The notes below the pieces were generated by a model. The model was not told the DNA's origin and did not search any database. It was given only the letters and a program-made list of their open reading frames with translations. This document shows, piece by piece, positions 25,414 to 29,860 of a DNA stretch of 29,860 bases. Position 1 is the stretch's first letter; every line of letters begins with the position of its first letter. A program made the position numbers and the translations under genes. Origin of the DNA: Fibrobacterota bacterium (lineage in GTDB: Bacteria; Fibrobacterota; Fibrobacteria; UBA11236); the NCBI GenBank assembly GCA_043753995.1, contig JAYUVP010000348.1:1-29860 (forward strand), given 5' to 3'.

Positions 25414-27498
25414 TTATCCCTGACGTATGCGATGCCAGGTACGGCGTGGCGCGCGCGGGCTTCCCTTGTCACCGCATCCTAGTCGCAATACCGCTTCTAG
25501 TCGACTGCGGGCGTCGAGGGCTTGTTGATAACTCGCCAATCGCCTTTCCATGAAGTGGCGTCTCAAGGCCTTGCCTCCAAACCAACGTTGCAAAAAGTTC
25601 ACCTCTTCGCCGACGAGAAATTCTTGCTGCAAAACCGAGACCGTGAAGCGGGCCGCATCGGGTTGGGGGTAGGCTGACCTGAGACGCGTCGAGTCGGCGA
25701 TGAGGCGGCCTAGAGATTCGCACTCATTCGTTGCGGCATAGAGATCGGCGCTGAATTCGAGGGTGGGCAAGGGCGGGTGGCGGCGATGTAGCCAAGGCGC
25801 GAGCAAGGCGGTGGCCTCCTTGGTCGATCCGGTTTGGGCCAGCACGGAAGCGCGCGCGAGGTCTTGCCTGGGTGGGTCAGGAGCGAAGTCGGCGAGTAGA
25901 TCAAGACGGGCCAAGGCTTCGGCTTGACGACGAAAGCCTGCTAAAACCTGGGCATAGGCATAATTGGCCTCGACATGCAGAGGATTTTGCTCCAAGGTCG
26001 CTACCACGGCATTGGTTAATTCGCGGGGGTTTTCGGATAGTTGTACGGCTTGCCGAAAAAGTTTTTCGGATTGCACTTGCCCATAAATGCCAAAGGCACC
26101 ATAGGTTAGCAAGGCCAACACAAAAAGCCTTGCCGAGGCGATTTGCCAAGGTGAAAAAGCCTCTCGCCAAAATTCTTTTCCGGGCCAGGCTGAGGCCCCA
26201 TAGCCAATAAGTCCGAAATACAAGACCCGCAGGGGGGGGGATTCCAAAGCAGGAGTGAATAGGCCATGCAAAATGAGCGCTAACAAGGCGAAGGCGGCAT
26301 AGCGCGACTCGACATGCCCTTCGCGCAAGGCTCGACGGAATAAGGCCAGCAGGGCAAGGGCCAAAAGCGCGCCTTCAAGTAAGAGTCCCACGAAACCGTT
26401 TTCAGCCAATACCTGCAAGACATGACTATTGGCTAGAATAGGATGGGCGGCACTTAAGGCCAAATCGGCTTGGGTTTGCGTTTGATCGAAAAGGGGCTCA
26501 AGCTGATTCCAGGCGGAGTCGGCGAAATCGGTCTGCTGCCCGCCCTGGGAGAAATGCGGCAATTGCTCACGTGCAGCCCAAGGATAGGCCCCACTACCAT
26601 GCCCTAGCCATTTGGCTTGCAAAAAGGCTTGCCAAGCGACTTCGCGTTCTTGCATGGAAATCACGGGATCTTCGGTGAAGGTGTGGGCGGTGGCTCGCCA
26701 TTGTCGGTCGGGAAGATTGAGCCAAACCAAGCCGGCCAGGAGGGTGGCACCCGCCACCCAAAGCAGGCGCTCAGGAGGCGGTTCTTCGAAGTCTAGGCGT
26801 ACGGCCATGAACATCATGGGAAGCAAAAGCAAAAACAAGGAGCCTTGCGCGCTACGGCTGTCGGTGAGCAATAAGGCTAAAATCACCATCAAGGTCGAAG
26901 CGCCCAGCCACAATGCCCGATGCCGGCGGGGCATTTCCGCCCCAGGCGAGGCGGCAAGCGCTACCCCCGGTTTAGCCGGCGCCGCCCAAAATCGAAAACG
27001 GTAAGCCTCGTTTTCCAACCAGAAGAAATGCGCGAAAAGCCCCGCCAGCAAAAGTCCGGCAAAAGCATGACGATTGGCAAAAAGCGAAACCAAGGCATCA
27101 TGATGAATAGGTGCGGGCCATAAGGCCAGTAAGTCGCCAATGCCATACAAGATGGAAACCCAAAGGATGCCGACAAGGGCCCAACCGGGTAGCCGCACCC
27201 GCGCCCAGCCTAGGTAAAAGGCGAAGGCGCATGCCAGAGTAAGGCCGGTACTCCAAGGGGCTTGAGGATGGGTTTGTCGCCAGAGAAGGCTGAGAAAGAA
27301 TAAAGCTGCGGCAAGTGGGATTTGCAAACTGATCCGCTTCGGCGACGATATAGCGCAGGCCCAGAGGCCTAGACCCAGGGCAAGTAGCGGGGCTTTCCAT
27401 TGACCGGGATCGCTGAGGCCGGGCCACAGGCATAGCACGCCTAGGGAGGTGACGACGATGCCAAGGTTACGAAGAAGGGAGAGAGGGGAGAGGCGCAT
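25414..27498 (-). CDS. O-antigen ligase family (Wzy_C) membrane protein with C-terminal TPR-like region; putative pilin O-oligosaccharyltransferase
   Basis: About 12 TM segments, SLFANRH, LLLTDSRSA, W...WLGHGSG and ANSHVLQVLAENGFVG (variant of HAHN..LQ..AE.G..G), followed by helical repeats; adjacent to the pilin gene. Confidence 0.8.
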   Translation of the reverse strand: MRLSPLSLLRNLGIVVTSLGVLCLWPGLSDPGQWKAPLLALGLGLWACAISSPKRISLQIPLAAALFFLSLLWRQTHPQAPWSTGLTLACAFAFYLGWARVRLPGWALVGILWVSILYGIGDLLALWPAPIHHDALVSLFANRHAFAGLLLAGLFAHFFWLENEAYRFRFWAAPAKPGVALAASPGAEMPRRHRALWLGASTLMVILALLLTDSRSAQGSLFLLLLPMMFMAVRLDFEEPPPERLLWVAGATLLAGLVWLNLPDRQWRATAHTFTEDPVISMQEREVAWQAFLQAKWLGHGSGAYPWAAREQLPHFSQGGQQTDFADSAWNQLEPLFDQTQTQADLALSAAHPILANSHVLQVLAENGFVGLLLEGALLALALLALFRRALREGHVESRYAAFALLALILHGLFTPALESPPLRVLYFGLIGYGASAWPGKEFWREAFSPWQIASARLFVLALLTYGAFGIYGQVQSEKLFRQAVQLSENPRELTNAVVATLEQNPLHVEANYAYAQVLAGFRRQAEALARLDLLADFAPDPPRQDLARASVLAQTGSTKEATALLAPWLHRRHPPLPTLEFSADLYAATNECESLGRLIADSTRLRSAYPQPDAARFTVSVLQQEFLVGEEVNFLQRWFGGKALRRHFMERRLASYQQALDARSRLEAVLRLGCGDKGSPRAPRRTWHRIRQG
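26232..26240 (-). repeat. C9 homopolymer (G9 on + strand) inside the O-antigen-ligase-like CDS
   Basis: Minus strand reads GAA TCC CCC CCC CTG (ESPPL), currently in frame. Confidence 0.85.
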
Positions 27499-27537
27499 GC
27501 TGGCATGTTCATTATTGCGCCGAATGTCACGAGTGGG

Positions 27538-27568
27538 AAATAAAAAGGGGACTCGTTGCCGAGTCCCC
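27538..27568 (-). terminator. Intrinsic terminator downstream of the pilin gene
   Basis: GGGGACTCG-GCAA-CGAGTCCCC followed by TTTTTATTT on the minus strand. Confidence 0.9.
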
Positions 27569-27598
27569 GATTGCCTTGAGGGCTATGAGACGGACGGA

Positions 27599-28021
27599 TT
27601 AGAAGTTGGGGGTGTAAGCGGCGCAAGCCGTCGTAGCTGGGTCGGTGTGAGCAAAGACATCCGTGGATGCCGTGAAAGTTGAAATCCAAGAATCCGTAGC
27701 GACGCAATCACCAAAAGGAATCGAATCTGTAAGAGTGGCAACGTTATTCGTTGCGCCGCTAGTTGCCAGGGCCATGAACCACATGGACGCGGCTGGGCGG
27801 AACCCAATTTGGTTTAAGGTTCCTGCGGCACCGGTTTCTTGCGCATAAGCGCTTACAAGGGTTTCCCAGTTTGCAATCACGCCCGGCGCTTCCGCAGCTT
27901 TCGCCTTGGCGCTCACACCGAACATTTTCGGTATGGCAAGGGCCGAGAGAATGCCGATGATGACGATAACGACCATCAGCTCGATAAGGGTGAAGCCTTT
28001 TTTGCTTTTTAATGAAGTCAT
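27599..28021 (-). CDS. pilA: Type IV pilin, probable major pilin
   Basis: Prepilin motif KKG|FTLIELMVVIVIIGIL with Glu5, C-terminal Cys pair, strong GGAGGAG SD, own sigma54 promoter and terminator. Confidence 0.88.
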   Translation of the reverse strand: MTSLKSKKGFTLIELMVVIVIIGILSALAIPKMFGVSAKAKAAEAPGVIANWETLVSAYAQETGAAGTLNQIGFRPAASMWFMALATSGATNNVATLTDSIPFGDCVATDSWISTFTASTDVFAHTDPATTACAAYTPNF

Positions 28022-28100
28022 GAGATGTCTCCTCCGTTTGTGGTGGCTTAAAGCTCTAAGACGGTGAAGCCATCTTACGCTTTTTGCTGTCCCGTTTCAA

Positions 28101-28117
28101 CGCAACGGGTGTGCCAA
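28101..28117 (-). promoter_or_regulatory. Sigma54 (-24/-12) promoter of the pilin gene
   Basis: Minus strand TTGGCAC-ACCCG-TTGCG matches TGGCAC-N5-TTGC with exact spacing, about 80 nt upstream of the ATG. Confidence 0.85.
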
Positions 28118-28254
28118 AGACATTGTGCCTTGAAATCAGGCGAATTGCTGCTTCAACCTCGGAGGATTTTCGGAACTTTTTGGAATTAGCGGCGATGGGC
28201 TTCGCATTTTGCAAATCGCTATGGGCGGGTTGCAAAGATTTTGGGGTAAACAAC

Positions 28255-29859
28255 TTAGGGTTGAGCCGCTTCGGTGGCAGCGAATTCGAAAACCTCTTGC
28301 AGTCTATACAGGGCTATCTCATTGAGAGGAAAGGCTGCTTTTACTTGTCGCGCCAATTCGGGGAAGGCCTGGACATTTTTGCGGCTGGATTGAATATGCC
28401 CAATATTCAGGTAGGCTTGCAAAAGCGAAGGATTCAGCGACAAGGCTTGGCTAAAGCTGGCAATGGCTGGATCATAGGCCTTGGCTTTCCATTGGCTTTC
28501 GCCGAGTCGCATGAGATTTTGCAGACGTTTTTCGTTTTTCCCCGCAACATGTCCTTGCAGTATTTTCGCACGGGGAGCATCCCCCCTGGCTAAGGAATAG
28601 CGCAGTAGGGCATTTAGGACCAGAGTGTCATTTTCATCGCGCTTGATTGATTGTGCCACGGTGGAATCCCAGAGGGCCGAATCCAGGGTAGGCCAGTTTG
28701 TGGCGGAGGCAATGGGGACTTGGGTTTGGTGAACCGGGTTTTCGGCAAGAAGAATCAAAACCAAGGCGGAATCACTGCGGGCAGCGGGTTTCCCATGGCT
28801 GAGTAGATGCACGGCGCTGTCGCCATGTCCCTGTCGCGCAAGTGCAATGCCATAGCTGCCTTTGAGATCACGTAAGAGTCGGTCCGGTAAATGTTCGAGA
28901 TCGGCATGCCAGGGGGGTAAGGCGGATTCGGGATAAAGGCGAGTAAAAAGCCGGGTTAAAAGTCCACGCTTCAGTCCCGTGGCCGGCGCAATCGCTGTAT
29001 GTAATTGCGATGGGTTTAATCGGTGCGTGACGCCTCGGAGCAATAAGTCGGCATATTCACGCCAGGGAGGTTCGGCTTGCTGGGACCATAATGTCAGTCT
29101 TTGGGGTGTGGTTGTGTCTTCTGAGAAAAGGCGGCGATGGGTATGCATGCCAGCGATGGCCTCTAGGGTTTCAAAAACGAAGAGAGACTCGGCTATGCCT
29201 GAATTTTGGAAAAGTCGAAGCGAGGGGCCGACCGTTACGGCCACAGGCAAGGATTTGGGATCGGCCTGGGTGGTATTGGAAATAAGGGGCATATGGGCTT
29301 CAATCCAGGCATTGCCATCGGTATTGATCGGTCCGGCTGTGACGAGGTCACGGCCAGGCATCAAGGGCACCAGAGTGTATTTGAATAAATCGGTGAGGTC
29401 GGGGTGTTGATTCAAAGACGTGAGGGTATGCAAGGTTGGCTGTTCAAATAAGCGAGAGGCCTTGGCTAAATCCACGCGGCCTTGGCCTTTGACACCGATG
29501 AGGTATATGCCGCCCTCATTGCGACCGGTATAATAGATGGCGACCTGATCGAAGACCGACCCGAAGGCATTGGCGATCGCGCGAAAACTTGGACTATCGA
29601 CGCTGCTGGGCATAAACCATTGGCCGAAAACACCGCCCGTATCCAGGGCAGAGTACACCAGGAGAAACATGTCTTGGGTAAACAAGTCCGCTGCTCCGCT
29701 TACCCAGGGATGGGCGGGCTGGGAGGCGATGAGGGGCCAGTGCTTGGGCTCCTTGGCGTAACGATTGCGCAGAAGAAAATTGCGGGCATCATCGAGATGC
29801 AAGGTCACCCCGGCATCGTCGATAGGACATTGATTTTTTGGATAGAGATAGCGGCAAAT
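28255..29859 (-). CDS. Partial (5' end outside window) spermidine-synthase-like SAM-dependent transferase domain protein with C-terminal TPRs
   Basis: The frame stays open past GTG 29808 to the window edge. LHLDDARNFL, IASQPAHPWVSGAADLFT, GGVFGQW and INTDGN resemble fused membrane/spermidine-synthase-like proteins; TPR-like AIASFSQALSLNPSLLQAYLNIG. Confidence 0.72.
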   Translation of the reverse strand: MCRYLYPKNQCPIDDAGVTLHLDDARNFLLRNRYAKEPKHWPLIASQPAHPWVSGAADLFTQDMFLLVYSALDTGGVFGQWFMPSSVDSPSFRAIANAFGSVFDQVAIYYTGRNEGGIYLIGVKGQGRVDLAKASRLFEQPTLHTLTSLNQHPDLTDLFKYTLVPLMPGRDLVTAGPINTDGNAWIEAHMPLISNTTQADPKSLPVAVTVGPSLRLFQNSGIAESLFVFETLEAIAGMHTHRRLFSEDTTTPQRLTLWSQQAEPPWREYADLLLRGVTHRLNPSQLHTAIAPATGLKRGLLTRLFTRLYPESALPPWHADLEHLPDRLLRDLKGSYGIALARQGHGDSAVHLLSHGKPAARSDSALVLILLAENPVHQTQVPIASATNWPTLDSALWDSTVAQSIKRDENDTLVLNALLRYSLARGDAPRAKILQGHVAGKNEKRLQNLMRLGESQWKAKAYDPAIASFSQALSLNPSLLQAYLNIGHIQSSRKNVQAFPELARQVKAAFPLNEIALYRLQEVFEFAATEAAQP

Positions 29860-29860
29860 C

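Noticed and set aside
1..29860. CRISPR array, rRNA/tRNA genes, prophage or CsrB-like GGA-repeat RNA
   Set aside because: No regularly spaced repeats, RNA-gene signatures, phage genes or GGA-rich intergenic tracts were seen by eye; intergenic spaces are short.

Overview
A 29.9-kb chromosomal window from a moderately GC-rich, diderm (Gram-negative type) bacterium. A T9SS-like C-terminal-domain protein together with flagellin hints at Fibrobacterota, but that is inference only. Most of the window is housekeeping and envelope genes: rnhA, a queuosine-precursor transporter, rlmN, ogt, lgt, hemF, a Nudix hydrolase, an aminotransferase, PduO, an omega-amidase-like hydrolase, DegP/HtrA, rpiA, an S1/P1 nuclease, a GH26 and DUF4301. 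It also holds a flagellin-fliW-csrA module and a sigma54-driven type IV pilin locus flanked by an O-antigen-ligase/TPR protein and a spermidine-synthase-like/TPR protein. No rRNA, tRNA, CRISPR array or intact mobile element was seen. The most notable observations are: (1) a recurring TANNNT-N6/7-start signature suggesting widespread leaderless transcription; (2) an unassigned structured RNA behind a TTGACA promoter upstream of the nuclease; (3) a C9 tract inside the putative pilin oligosaccharyltransferase, possibly phase-variable; (4) a stand-alone IS630-type HTH gene with a palindrome upstream, possibly domesticated; (5) a UbiA-like ORF at the left edge that the ORF track misses. All family assignments come from motif recognition by eye, not from database searches.
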